The notes under the pieces: generated by a model | The model's database searches: none | Told to the model about the DNA's origin: nothing | What the model saw: only the letters and a program-made list of their open reading frames with translations | Position numbers and translations under genes: made by a program | Virus record (IMG/VR): IMGVR_UViG_3300024324_000019 | Reading direction: 5' to 3' (one strand) | Origin: an uncultured virus (IMG/VR IMGVR_UViG_3300024324_000019) | Taxonomy: Duplodnaviria; Heunggongvirae; Uroviricota; Caudoviricetes | DNA: 64,000 bases | Shown: positions 19,532 to 28,351 of the stretch, one piece after another | How the letters are laid out: each line of letters opens with the position of its first letter | Numbering within the stretch: position 1 is the first letter of the stretch

Positions 19532-20175
19532 TTATGAAAAAGTTACTCGCTACCGTTAGCATGTTGGCCCTTTTGGGTGCTTGTTCACAAACCATTGATA
19601 TTGACCCTCAGGCAGAAACTACCCACTCCAAAGCCTACCTCGAGAAAAAGTCAACCGTGACAGAAGAAACGGTTAGTTCTATTCCCGATTGGTTTTTGGA
19701 CACACCTGCGAAAGAGGACTCGGTGTTCTCTGCGGGCACGGCTACCTCTCAAGACCTTCAGTTGTCGGTTGACTTGGCCGTTCTAGCGGCTAAACGAGTC
19801 TTGGCGGATCGTATCCGTGGTCAAATGAGTTCTAAACTCAAGGAATATACTTCCAGGGTTGGACAGGCTGCTTCTGGACATATCGTATCTGAGGTCGAGC
19901 GTGTCACAGCCAACTTGATTGCCAACGCCCAAGCCAGTGGTTATCATGTAAACGAAACCAAAGTGGTTCCTCATGGCAACCTCTATCGTACCTATGCGCT
20001 GTTGGAGTTTCCTATCAACGGAACCAACGAGATCGCGTTAGCCCAACTGGTTAAGGTTTTGAATACCGAAAGCCTGGGTCGTGCGGCTGCAGCCCATAAG
20101 GAACTGGAAAAAGAAACCAATGTGCCCGTCGCAACTATGCCTGCCTTGCCCGTTCCTAAAGTGACGACCGAGTAA
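19528..20175 (+). CDS. Lipoprotein, LPP20-like
   Basis: Lipobox LGAC; PDWF...GTATS.DLQ...D.A...AK..LAD. Confidence 0.7.
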   Translation: MIMKKLLATVSMLALLGACSQTIDIDPQAETTHSKAYLEKKSTVTEETVSSIPDWFLDTPAKEDSVFSAGTATSQDLQLSVDLAVLAAKRVLADRIRGQMSSKLKEYTSRVGQAASGHIVSEVERVTANLIANAQASGYHVNETKVVPHGNLYRTYALLEFPINGTNEIALAQLVKVLNTESLGRAAAAHKELEKETNVPVATMPALPVPKVTTE

Positions 20176-20390
20176 TGACACCTGAAATTTTTATCGTTTT
20201 AGGTCTGGCTGCCTTTGTGATATGGAAGGCTGGGCTTGGTAATTTTGTATTATCAGGCCTAGTCACTATTTGTTTATTGGGTATTACACCACCCGAACTT
20301 TTTGATACAGTCTTTCAATGGGCTGATATCACCGTGAAACAACTTACAGAATTAGGACAATACATTGCCGATTTATTCAATAAGAAATAA
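20175..20390 (+). CDS. Small membrane protein
   Basis: Two hydrophobic segments, TAATG coupling. Confidence 0.6.
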   Translation: MTPEIFIVLGLAAFVIWKAGLGNFVLSGLVTICLLGITPPELFDTVFQWADITVKQLTELGQYIADLFNKK

Positions 20391-20622
20391 GAAGACCAAA
20401 AAGGAATGGGAGGAGTATTGTACCTGGGACGAACTACAATCCCATCTATCAGCCCACCCAAACTGGGAAACCTTTATCGCCCAAGCACCATTATTTTTGG
20501 GTGACAACATGAGGAGCGTTTCAGGTTTGAAGCATACTCCCGAATTCCGTGAAACCTTACAGCGGGTGAAAGAACACCACCCTAAGAGTACCATTGATGT
20601 TGGCAACAAAACAGACATTTGA
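20365..20622 (+). CDS. Small conserved protein (FmdB-like N-terminus)
   Basis: MPIYSIRNKKTKKEWE...F.E.L..VK..HP. Confidence 0.6.
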   Translation: MPIYSIRNKKTKKEWEEYCTWDELQSHLSAHPNWETFIAQAPLFLGDNMRSVSGLKHTPEFRETLQRVKEHHPKSTIDVGNKTDI

Positions 20623-21298
20623 TTTCATAGGTGATATGAAGGAGATTTATAAGGGCGGTCGTCGCTTTTATCTAACTCCCGAAGGTCGCCACTATCCTTC
20701 GGTTACCACCGTCCTTGCGTCGGATGACGAAAAGAACGAGGGTCTGGCTAAATGGCGTGAAGCCGTTGGTGATGAAGAAGCCGACAGAGTGAGTCGAGTT
20801 GGACGTTTGCGTGGTTCAGCCTTGCATGATATGATCGAAAAGTATCTGTTGGGCAATGAAAACTACGACGCCAATATTATGCCTGGCGTGGACTCCATGT
20901 TCTCGTCTATCAAACCTATCCTTGACGGCACTATCACCGATATTGCACACCAAGAAGTTGCGATGTATTCTGACTACCTTGAAACTGGTGGTCGCTGTGA
21001 TATGATCGCTAAATATAAGGGAAAGTTGGCTATTGTTGATTTCAAAAACTCGCGGAAATTCCGCAAGAAAGAATTCATCAAGTCTTATTTCATGCAATGC
21101 GCGGTCTATGCCGTGATGTATGAGGAACTTACGGGCACCCCTATCAATGATATAATCATTATTATGGCTGTCGAAAACAGACCTGAAGGTGTGGTCTACC
21201 ATGAGAAACGCGACGACCACATCGGGGATTATATCGAATTGAGGAAAGAGTATGAAAAGACCCTTAATCCTAATTACATTAGCCGGTTTGCTGCTTAG
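20594..21298 (+). CDS. PD-(D/E)xK exonuclease
   Basis: YPSVTTVL, RGSALH, GRCD, IVDFKNS, YFMQCAVYA. Confidence 0.88.
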   Translation: MMLATKQTFDFIGDMKEIYKGGRRFYLTPEGRHYPSVTTVLASDDEKNEGLAKWREAVGDEEADRVSRVGRLRGSALHDMIEKYLLGNENYDANIMPGVDSMFSSIKPILDGTITDIAHQEVAMYSDYLETGGRCDMIAKYKGKLAIVDFKNSRKFRKKEFIKSYFMQCAVYAVMYEELTGTPINDIIIIMAVENRPEGVVYHEKRDDHIGDYIELRKEYEKTLNPNYISRFAA

Positions 21299-21698
21299 TG
21301 GCTGTATCTCTGTCGAGATAAAACACGTCGGTGAGGTAGTGAAACCTGCGGTGAAAGTCGCGAAGGCGGTCGTGAAACCTCCTGTTGTTGCGAAAGCAAA
21401 GCCACGACCAAAGCCTGTACCACGAAAAACTGGTCAGGCATTCCAACGGGCGAAGCCAGTAATTTGCAATGAAACCAAGTATGTTATGGCAAACATCGAA
21501 CACTCAAAACAAATTTCTATTGAGATAGGTGTTGCGAATAACGACAAAGTGGTCATTGTGACTTATGTTGATCCAAAGACAAGAAATTTTACCGTTGTCG
21601 AACACTACACCAATAAAATGTCCTGCTATATTTTTATCGGCAAACAATTGCATATTGATTTGAAAATGAAAAAACCCGATCAAAGGGCAGAAGGCTGA
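21252..21698 (+). CDS. Lipoprotein with Pro/Lys-rich linker
   Basis: Lipobox LSGC then VVKPAVKVAKAVVKPPVVAKAKPRPKPVPRK. Confidence 0.7.
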   Translation: MKRPLILITLAGLLLSGCISVEIKHVGEVVKPAVKVAKAVVKPPVVAKAKPRPKPVPRKTGQAFQRAKPVICNETKYVMANIEHSKQISIEIGVANNDKVVIVTYVDPKTRNFTVVEHYTNKMSCYIFIGKQLHIDLKMKKPDQRAEG

Positions 21699-22186
21699 TG
21701 AAAAAATTCTTTATGCGATGGTACTTGTTTGCGGCTGTGATGATTTCTTTGGTCGCTGTAATGACAATGTTTGACATTCACCACCTATTCATTGACAATG
21801 ACCAGACGTTCATAAGTACAGGCATTTTCGGCGTCTTTGTTCTATCGTCCTTGGTCCTAGGATTGAAGACGTACCGAGTAGCCTTCAATGATGTTTGGTC
21901 AGATAGCAAATATCTCTGGTACATTCCAGAGTTCATGGTGACCGCAGGGCTCGTCGGCACTATCATCGGCTTTATTATTGCGACCAGCGGGACGTTTGGG
22001 TTGCTTGATGTTTCTGATACGTCTAGCGTTAAGGAAGCTCTGGTATCGGTGGCTGCTGGATTGGGTACTGCGCTATACACAACCCTTATGGGCTATGTCT
22101 GTGGTGTGTTGGTCAGCCTACAGATAATGAACATGGAAATGGCGATTGGTGCCTACGGTGAAACAAGCGATGAATATTTCGGTTAA
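21698..22186 (+). CDS. MotA/TolQ/ExbB-family proton-channel membrane protein
   Basis: Four hydrophobic helices; GLVGTIIGFI and GLGTALYTTLMG signature helices. Confidence 0.85.
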   Translation: MKKFFMRWYLFAAVMISLVAVMTMFDIHHLFIDNDQTFISTGIFGVFVLSSLVLGLKTYRVAFNDVWSDSKYLWYIPEFMVTAGLVGTIIGFIIATSGTFGLLDVSDTSSVKEALVSVAAGLGTALYTTLMGYVCGVLVSLQIMNMEMAIGAYGETSDEYFG

Positions 22187-22823
22187 GACGGTCACCAAGA
22201 CCGCATTCATAGACGTTCTATTTCTGACGGCTCTGACCTTTGTGTCTCTGTTTATTCTGACTGCGATCCTTATCAATCCACCCACGAAGAAGCAAGACGT
22301 TAAGAAGAAGGCCGATTACATCATTGTCCTTGACTGGGATGCCAATGTGGCTGATGACGTTGATATGTGGGTGCAGACACCAGCGGGGCAACCTGTCGGA
22401 TTCAAAAACACCCAAAACGGTTCTCTATACCTTGAGCGCGACGACCTCGGCGTTCATAACGATAAATCGGTGGACGGTGCAGGCAACGAAGTGATAGCCC
22501 GAATCAATCGTGAGGTCATTACTGTGAGGGTGCCAACGGCTGGCGAATATGTGGTCAACGTCCATATGTATACCAAACGCGGCCCTGAACCAGTGACTGG
22601 TACTGTGGAACTTATCCAGATAAACCCATACAAAGTCCACAGAATCGCGGGCTTCATATTACAGAGGAACCGTGAGGAATTACACATGTTCAGATTCACA
22701 TTGAAGCCAAATGGCAAAGCCCGTGATGTAGGACCGAGGAGCGCATTTTTTATCAACAAGATGTTGCAAGCCTCTATGCACCCAGGCGAAGTTGGATATA
22801 GACCTAATGGAGTTGGCCGATGA
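22170..22823 (+). CDS. ExbD/TolR/MotB-like partner with periplasmic beta domain
   Basis: TAFIDVLF (membrane Asp) plus single TM; W...DDVDMWV.TP...DDLG...E......GEYVVNVHMY resembles YfaP-type domains. Confidence 0.7.
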   Translation: MNISVKTVTKTAFIDVLFLTALTFVSLFILTAILINPPTKKQDVKKKADYIIVLDWDANVADDVDMWVQTPAGQPVGFKNTQNGSLYLERDDLGVHNDKSVDGAGNEVIARINREVITVRVPTAGEYVVNVHMYTKRGPEPVTGTVELIQINPYKVHRIAGFILQRNREELHMFRFTLKPNGKARDVGPRSAFFINKMLQASMHPGEVGYRPNGVGR

Positions 22824-23287
22824 GCGCGTTCCTTTTATTTCTAGCCCTATTCATGTATATTGCGGTGACGTTCTGGCTCATTATCTTGATGAGAGGGAAT
22901 ACCTGGCGCATGGTATTGATGATACCAATCACAATGGCTCTCGCCGTCAATGGGTATGCTGTCTATCAGGATTTATTGGGAGATCCTACAACCAGCGAAT
23001 ACCTCGGGGAATACCGATTGGTCGATAGTTTGGTTGACGAGCCTACAGCGATTTTCCTATGGGTTCTACCGAATGATGCTGTTGCCCTCAAACCCAAGAA
23101 CCTAGAGTTGCCTTACACCAAAGAAATGCACAAGAAACTGGATGAAGCAAAACGAGCGAAAGCCAAAGGGATAAAGACCGATATTAAATTGAAGCGTGGC
23201 AAAGGCAATCAACGCAAGGTTTTTATGGAACTATTGAAACAGCCCGAACAACCATTGCCAAGAAAGCAAGTAGACCAAACAGACTAA
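22820..23287 (+). CDS. Two-TM membrane protein, last gene of the ExbB/D-like operon
   Basis: Two N-terminal hydrophobic helices, ATGA coupling. Confidence 0.7.
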   Translation: MSAFLLFLALFMYIAVTFWLIILMRGNTWRMVLMIPITMALAVNGYAVYQDLLGDPTTSEYLGEYRLVDSLVDEPTAIFLWVLPNDAVALKPKNLELPYTKEMHKKLDEAKRAKAKGIKTDIKLKRGKGNQRKVFMELLKQPEQPLPRKQVDQTD

Positions 23288-23479
23288 CAATCCACCAACC
23301 ACGGTAGCCAAGAAATCGGCTACCTCTGGGGTGTGTTTATCCTGATGCTGATAGTCGTAAATTTCCTTACCAAGTCCAACCACTGTGGTCGCAATCATGG
23401 CTGCGAATACACTTCCGGTTGCAATTAGCGTTACTAATGCTAGGGCGATGCCTGCTATTAAATGATATATTTTATCCAT
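23231..23479 (-). CDS. Small hydrophobic membrane protein
   Basis: MDKIYH...GKEIYD...ADFLATVVG, a DK..H/KE..D membrane family pattern. Confidence 0.65.
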   Translation of the reverse strand: MDKIYHLIAGIALALVTLIATGSVFAAMIATTVVGLGKEIYDYQHQDKHTPEVADFLATVVGGLLVCLVYLLSWQWLFGLFQ

Positions 23480-23516
23480 AATCGTATATATAATGCATAA
23501 AAATGTCATTTAGGGG

Positions 23517-23560
23517 TTGACATTTGGTCAAAAATAGTGCATGATCAGATAGTAAGATCA
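23517..23560 (+). promoter_or_regulatory. Repeated early promoter cassette
   Basis: TTGACAtttggtcaaaaatagtgCATGATcagatagtaagatca. Confidence 0.85.
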
Positions 23561-23581
23561 GAAACCAAGAGAGAGAAAATT

Positions 23582-23827
23582 ATGAATTACGATACAGAAT
23601 TTAAGCCCGGTACCAAAGTCGTTGGCAATTGGGGTGCAATGCATCCTATGAGTTACGGTGAAGTCACCGACGTTTGGACCACATATGGTGGTGTTCGTCG
23701 TGGCAAAGTCACTGAAGCGAATATCCGCTGGGAAGATGGTACATGGGGCGTCCATGAAATCAAAGCGTCTAAGGGCGTTAACGGTGGAAACATCGGTGTT
23801 TGGGTCAATGAAGGAGAGACAGTATGA
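23582..23827 (+). CDS. Hypothetical early protein
   Basis: ATG after cassette and GAGAG leader. Confidence 0.65.
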   Translation: MNYDTEFKPGTKVVGNWGAMHPMSYGEVTDVWTTYGGVRRGKVTEANIRWEDGTWGVHEIKASKGVNGGNIGVWVNEGETV

Positions 23828-23995
23828 ATTATTTACTGGGTGGCGCTGTTTTCATGGTCGCTTTGATGGCGGCTGGCTGGGCTGACGCAGGCATTATGAT
23901 TGTCGAAAACGTCAAGATATATGTGCCCTGATGGAAAGACATATAACATCGGCTTCATAGCCGGATTTATTATGGGTGGAATGATTGTTTATGTC

Positions 23996-24026
23996 TTGAC
24001 CCCATATCACCGAGTATGTATAAATA
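23996..24026 (+). promoter_or_regulatory. Overlapping sigma70-like and late promoters for tmRNA
   Basis: TTGACC-17-TATAAA, with TATAAATA at 24019-24026. Confidence 0.6.
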
Positions 24027-24029
24027 AAG

Positions 24030-24350
24030 TTGCTATTGATGAAGCGAATTGAAAAGTATATCGGATACCGGGGGGCGGTACCCCGCACCTCCACCATAAG
24101 AACATTGTTTAAATAGGAATGAAAGTTCTGGGCATAGCCAACGAAATCACCTAGGTGGTTGACAGTGTTTTTTTGCTGGGGGTGAAATTAGGATCGACCG
24201 ATGCTGAATAGGTGAGTGGAGATAGTCGTATGAGCAGGCGTTCTGGCTCAATTAAGTAACCGCAAACGATAACCGTTTTGCATTTGAGGCTTTCGCTATC
24301 GCAGCGTGATCTCATTGGGTTCGGGGGAACCTAGAAACAGAATCCCCCAA
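24030..24350 (+). ncRNA. ssrA: Permuted two-piece tmRNA, alphaproteobacterial type; tag ANDNRFAFEAFAIAA
   Basis: Acceptor piece ending CACCTCC-A-CCA (24086-24096) precedes GGGGGTG...GGATCGAC (from 24178); the two pair fully with G3.U70; tag ORF 24262-24309. Confidence 0.93.
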
Positions 24351-24388
24351 TTTATTTCATTTTTTTTGACTTTTTATGCACTTTTCAC

Positions 24389-24432
24389 TTGACATTTGGT
24401 CTAAAATGGTGCATGATCAAATAGTAAGATCA
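24389..24432 (+). promoter_or_regulatory. Repeated early promoter cassette
   Basis: TTGACAtttggtctaaaatggtgCATGATcaaatagtaagatca. Confidence 0.85.
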
Positions 24433-24456
24433 ATTAGAGAGAAAAGCGAGAGAAAA

Positions 24457-24696
24457 ATGTCTGTTTATGTTGTTTTAGGTCGCACACCGTACGAAGGCGA
24501 TATGTTGATTGCCGTTTATGCTTCACTTGTTGAAGCCGAAGCCGCTGTTGATGTTTTTGAAGTTCGTGGCGTTCCTTACGATGGTTCTGCCGAGGGTTAC
24601 TTGAATGACCCCGAAGAACCAGAATATGAATTTCACGAATATGTGATTACAGAACGCCAGATGGGCGTTATCCCCGAACAATGGCACTACGAATAG
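24457..24696 (+). CDS. Small acidic early protein
   Basis: MSVYVV...YEG...AVYAS...AE; a similar short ORF follows at about 24707-24860. Confidence 0.65.
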   Translation: MSVYVVLGRTPYEGDMLIAVYASLVEAEAAVDVFEVRGVPYDGSAEGYLNDPEEPEYEFHEYVITERQMGVIPEQWHYE

Positions 24697-25544
24697 GAGA
24701 GAGAAAATGGAAGTTTGGATAGTTGAAAGAGGCGTGAAATACGAAGAATCGTGGGTCGATGGTGTTTTTGATTCAGAAGAAAAGGCTCTGAAATACATGG
24801 ACGAAATGGAATTGCACCCAGGCGAATACGGTGAACTGGATTCATACGAGGTAAAATAAAATGTCAAAAGACGCACAAACGGCTGAAGCATTGCGTTTGT
24901 TGAAAATTGCGAGGCCAGATCCCGACGATCGGATGGAATTCTTAACAAAGATTTCAGAATATCTTGAACAAGTGCTTACTGAAGCGGAGGCTAAGAATAT
25001 TAAAGACAAGGGGATGTTGAACTAATGTCAAGAACAAATCGCAAGGCTGTTACAAAGTGGGATACTGGATATAAAGACGGTCAGTCCGGCTTTCTTACCA
25101 ACGGTTCCCCCACAGGCTACAAAGATATGGCCCGATGCCAAGACAACCGAAAGCTGGTGAATGTTCGTCGCCGTGCTTGGGACAAGAAAGTTATCAACGA
25201 AAACATTTGATGAGAGAGAAAATGACACCAGAATTTGAAGCGTTCAAAGAGAATCAGACGGCTGTTGTTGAAACGCCAGAGGTTGATGAAGAAAAGTTGT
25301 TTGTAAATCATGCGGGAGCGAGAGGTCGTTTTGGGTCAGTGGTAAAACAAATGACTTGAGCAACGCTGGCTGTCCCAACCTGAGTCTGGAACATGATGGC
25401 TATGTTGTCGAATTAAAAGAAATCGGCGGTGGTGATTATATCGACATTGAATTTTGTCTCGACTGCGGAACTTTGGTCGGAGATTTTCCGTTCAGCGACG
25501 AGAGAGTCCTAGAAGCATTCAACAACGTGTAGGAGAAAGACACC

Positions 25545-26207
25545 ATGAAATCCATAACATTTACGGCTGCGTTTGTGGCTGTTGGTTGGTATGCGAGTAC
25601 AATGGGTGACTTGGCTGGAAAAGCCGAATTTGAAAAACCAGAACCTGTGAAAGTGAGTGTTAGTTATGATCGACAATTTCGACTCGGATATCCGGCAGAT
25701 AAAACGGAATCTAAAACGAGCCAGATACCTGATATCGCAAAGGAAAGACAATATGCCACTCTTGCGCCACAATTGGGAACTCTTGAGCGTATCCAACGCC
25801 TGGATTTATCCGCAAAAGCCTTTGAGTGCGCCGCATTGGCGGTATACCATGAGGCGAAGAATCAGAGCGATACTGGGCAAAGAGCCGTCTACCACGTTGT
25901 TGCGAATCGGGTTCTTGACAGTGGCTTTCCTGGTCGCGTATGCGGCGTGGTCAAGCAATCAAAAACCTGGAAGGGTAATCCAATACGAAACAAATGTCAC
26001 TTCTCCTTTTATTGTGACGGAAAGAGCGACAAGCCACGAGATCTGACAGCCTGGGAAAAGGCTAAAGATGTTGTGACGGCTGCTAATGCGGAGCAAGACA
26101 TAACCCATGGGGCCCTTTGGTATCATGCGAATTATGTCAGCCCTTATTGGAGCAAGACTTTCAAAGAGGTCGCCACGATTGGCGACCACATTTTTTACAG
26201 GAAATAG
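25545..26207 (+). CDS. SleB/Hydrolase_2 cell-wall hydrolase
   Basis: C.ALAVYHEA, V..NRV....FP..VCGVV.Q, C.FS.YCDG.SD, GALWYHA.YV.P.W, IGDHIFY. Confidence 0.93.
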   Translation: MKSITFTAAFVAVGWYASTMGDLAGKAEFEKPEPVKVSVSYDRQFRLGYPADKTESKTSQIPDIAKERQYATLAPQLGTLERIQRLDLSAKAFECAALAVYHEAKNQSDTGQRAVYHVVANRVLDSGFPGRVCGVVKQSKTWKGNPIRNKCHFSFYCDGKSDKPRDLTAWEKAKDVVTAANAEQDITHGALWYHANYVSPYWSKTFKEVATIGDHIFYRK

Positions 26208-26208
26208 A

Positions 26209-26237
26209 TTGACAAATTGACGTAGGTGCTGTATAAT
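26209..26237 (+). promoter_or_regulatory. Consensus sigma70 promoter
   Basis: TTGACA-17-TATAAT. Confidence 0.8.
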
Positions 26238-26817
26238 GGTACCTATAGATGGAGAATATTATGAAAATGTTACACCGTGAAGCAGGCTGTAAGATTGGCG
26301 AAATGGATTTGCACCTTGTTATGGATGCGTTTGAGCATGACGACTTGAATTCCAAGACTGATCTTCAAATCAGAATGGGTTACGAAAACGGTAGCCACAT
26401 TGGAACCGATATCACCATTTCAATGGAAGAAGGTGATGCCCATAAACTTGGGCAGTGGCTGATTAAGCGGTGTCGAGCGTATCCCGATGAGAGTTGATAT
26501 TTTCACACCATCGGTAGCACCAAACATTTCGCCAAAGAGCATTGTGTTTGAGGTGGATGGTCTTGATGATATTCCGAATCTACGAAAAGTTGTTGAAGAC
26601 GCCCTAGGACATAGATGGTATTTTATGTCGTGGCCAAACCTTGAGGTAGAAGAATGAAATTTGAAACCAAAGATGATTTGACCGATTGGGCTCTTGACAA
26701 GTTCGACAAACATGGTATCAAACGACCAGAAGAATATTCAGAAAACGAATTGATTTATCTGAACCCAGAAATACCGGTTGATTTCATCAAAGAACATGTG
26801 AAAAATAGGAAACGTAA

Positions 26818-27171
26818 ATGAAATATGGTAAAGTATGGGGAACGACCGAACCCCTTATCGAAACTCCTCTTATTGAGTTTCACCGAATAACAATCAAACC
26901 GAATATGCAATGCAGCCTGCATAAGCATACCCAAAAGTGGAATGCGTTCTATGTGGTCAAAGGCGTGTTGCAAATTGTTGTATTCAAAAACGATTATGAC
27001 CTTGAAGACACAACCAACCTGGGACCCGGTGATTTCACGACTGTAAAACCTGGAGAATTTCATTTATTCAAATCGAATGAAATGCATGTTGAAGCATTTG
27101 AACTTTATTATCCGTCGGCTTTGTCAGAAGACATTATCCGCAAAACCGTAGGAGGCGCAATTGAAATCTGA
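26818..27171 (+). CDS. Cupin-domain protein
   Basis: KVWG, CSLHKH..K.N.FYV..G, PG.FH.F. Confidence 0.8.
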   Translation: MKYGKVWGTTEPLIETPLIEFHRITIKPNMQCSLHKHTQKWNAFYVVKGVLQIVVFKNDYDLEDTTNLGPGDFTTVKPGEFHLFKSNEMHVEAFELYYPSALSEDIIRKTVGGAIEI

Positions 27172-27403
27172 AGCAGAAGCGGCAATTAAAATCCTATCAA
27201 CCAAAGAATTCTCGTTGATAGTTGAAGCGAAGGTCAGCAAGACTGGTTGTACCTATATGGACGCCGTCGTTGACTACTGTGCAAAAGAAGGCGCCGAGGT
27301 CGAGACCATGGCTAAACTTATCAACACCAAAATCAAAGCCCTGATCCAGGTCGAAGCCGAAGACCTCAATTATTTACCGAAGACACAACGTCTACCGATA
27401 TAG
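27161..27403 (+). CDS. 33: Late transcription coactivator gp33
   Basis: FS..VE..V......YMDAVV.YC......E...KLI...IK..I..EAE.LNYL. Confidence 0.85.
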   Translation: MKSEAEAAIKILSTKEFSLIVEAKVSKTGCTYMDAVVDYCAKEGAEVETMAKLINTKIKALIQVEAEDLNYLPKTQRLPI

Positions 27404-27883
27404 GAGATTGACTAATGTGGGTACTATTATTGTTTTACACAACCATTTTCTACAATATGGACGTTGAGATTCACAGCCGATATATTTCCGAACAATCATG
27501 TAAAGAACAACAAGCCAAATCTGTCAACGCCACAAGCCATCTGATGAAATCCAAAGCCGTGAATTGGGAAATGATGTGTGTCAAAGTGTCCGAAGAAAAA
27601 TGGATGAACAAGGAAATTGATTGATGATTTTTACAGCAACAGAGATTCACACCGTCAACGTCGAACGTAAGTACGAAATCACCGAAGAAAATTTTAATCA
27701 ACATCAAGGGTGCGAATACTCCGAAACCTTTGAGGGCACTTGGGAGGAATTCCAGGCCCTTAGTGATGACGACCTCGGTGAAATCATTCGATATTCTGAT
27801 TGGTTTGAAGAAATTGATCACTACGAAGATTGGATTTCTGACCGCAAAGGTGGTTATGAAATCGTGTATGAAAAGGTAGAAGA

Positions 27884-28351
27884 ATGAATATCACCAGACG
27901 AGGTTTTGCTAAACTATTCGGCGCTACGGTTGCCGCTGCGCTACTCCCCGCTATGGACTCCCTTGCAGCCACAGAAGAAGGTAAAATATGGATTTCGTGG
28001 ATGCAAAAGGATGCCGACGGCCCCTGGGAACGCCAACAACATGTTATTGAAGGTTATTGGGATGATTCAGAAAATGTTTCTCTGAATGTCTGTAAGGGTC
28101 ATTTGTTGGTCGGGCATGATGCCGGGGTAACTGTTATCAACATACCCAAGATTTCTGAAAACATGATGATTTCCCATTTACAAGTATCGACACAAATTCC
28201 ACCAGATTTTGAATTGGCTTTGTATGATGCGGCGGCAGCCTGGCAATTACAAACGAGTACCGAGCCTGTGGGATACTTTGCAAATCAGTTTGATACAGAA
28301 CACCACAATATTATTTCTCGCGGCTATAATTCAGGATGGAAAACTCTATGA
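27884..28351 (+). CDS. Protein with twin-arginine (Tat) signal
   Basis: MNITRRGFAKLFGATVAAALLP. Confidence 0.6.
   Translation: MNITRRGFAKLFGATVAAALLPAMDSLAATEEGKIWISWMQKDADGPWERQQHVIEGYWDDSENVSLNVCKGHLLVGHDAGVTVINIPKISENMMISHLQVSTQIPPDFELALYDAAAAWQLQTSTEPVGYFANQFDTEHHNIISRGYNSGWKTL

Noticed and set aside
20594..21298. Cas4
   Set aside because: Lacks the four-Cys Fe-S motif; ordinary phage PD-(D/E)xK exonuclease
21698..22823. Bona fide Zorya system or flagellar stator
   Set aside because: Partner lacks an OmpA-like peptidoglycan-binding domain; no long ZorA tail and no ZorC/D/E genes; kept only as an ExbB/D-like module
24066..24096. Stand-alone tRNA gene
   Set aside because: T-arm and CCA only; no anticodon arm; explained as the tmRNA acceptor piece
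3004..24432. Dispersed 44-bp repeats as CRISPR repeats or IS ends
   Set aside because: Spaced hundreds to thousands of bp apart, contain -35/-10 boxes and precede ORFs; no transposase
16422..24456. Shared N-terminal peptide HDQIVRS in ORFs 16422, 23537 and 24376 (and MVHD in 18476)
   Set aside because: Translation of the promoter cassette; real starts are downstream (16473, 23582, 24457, 18554)
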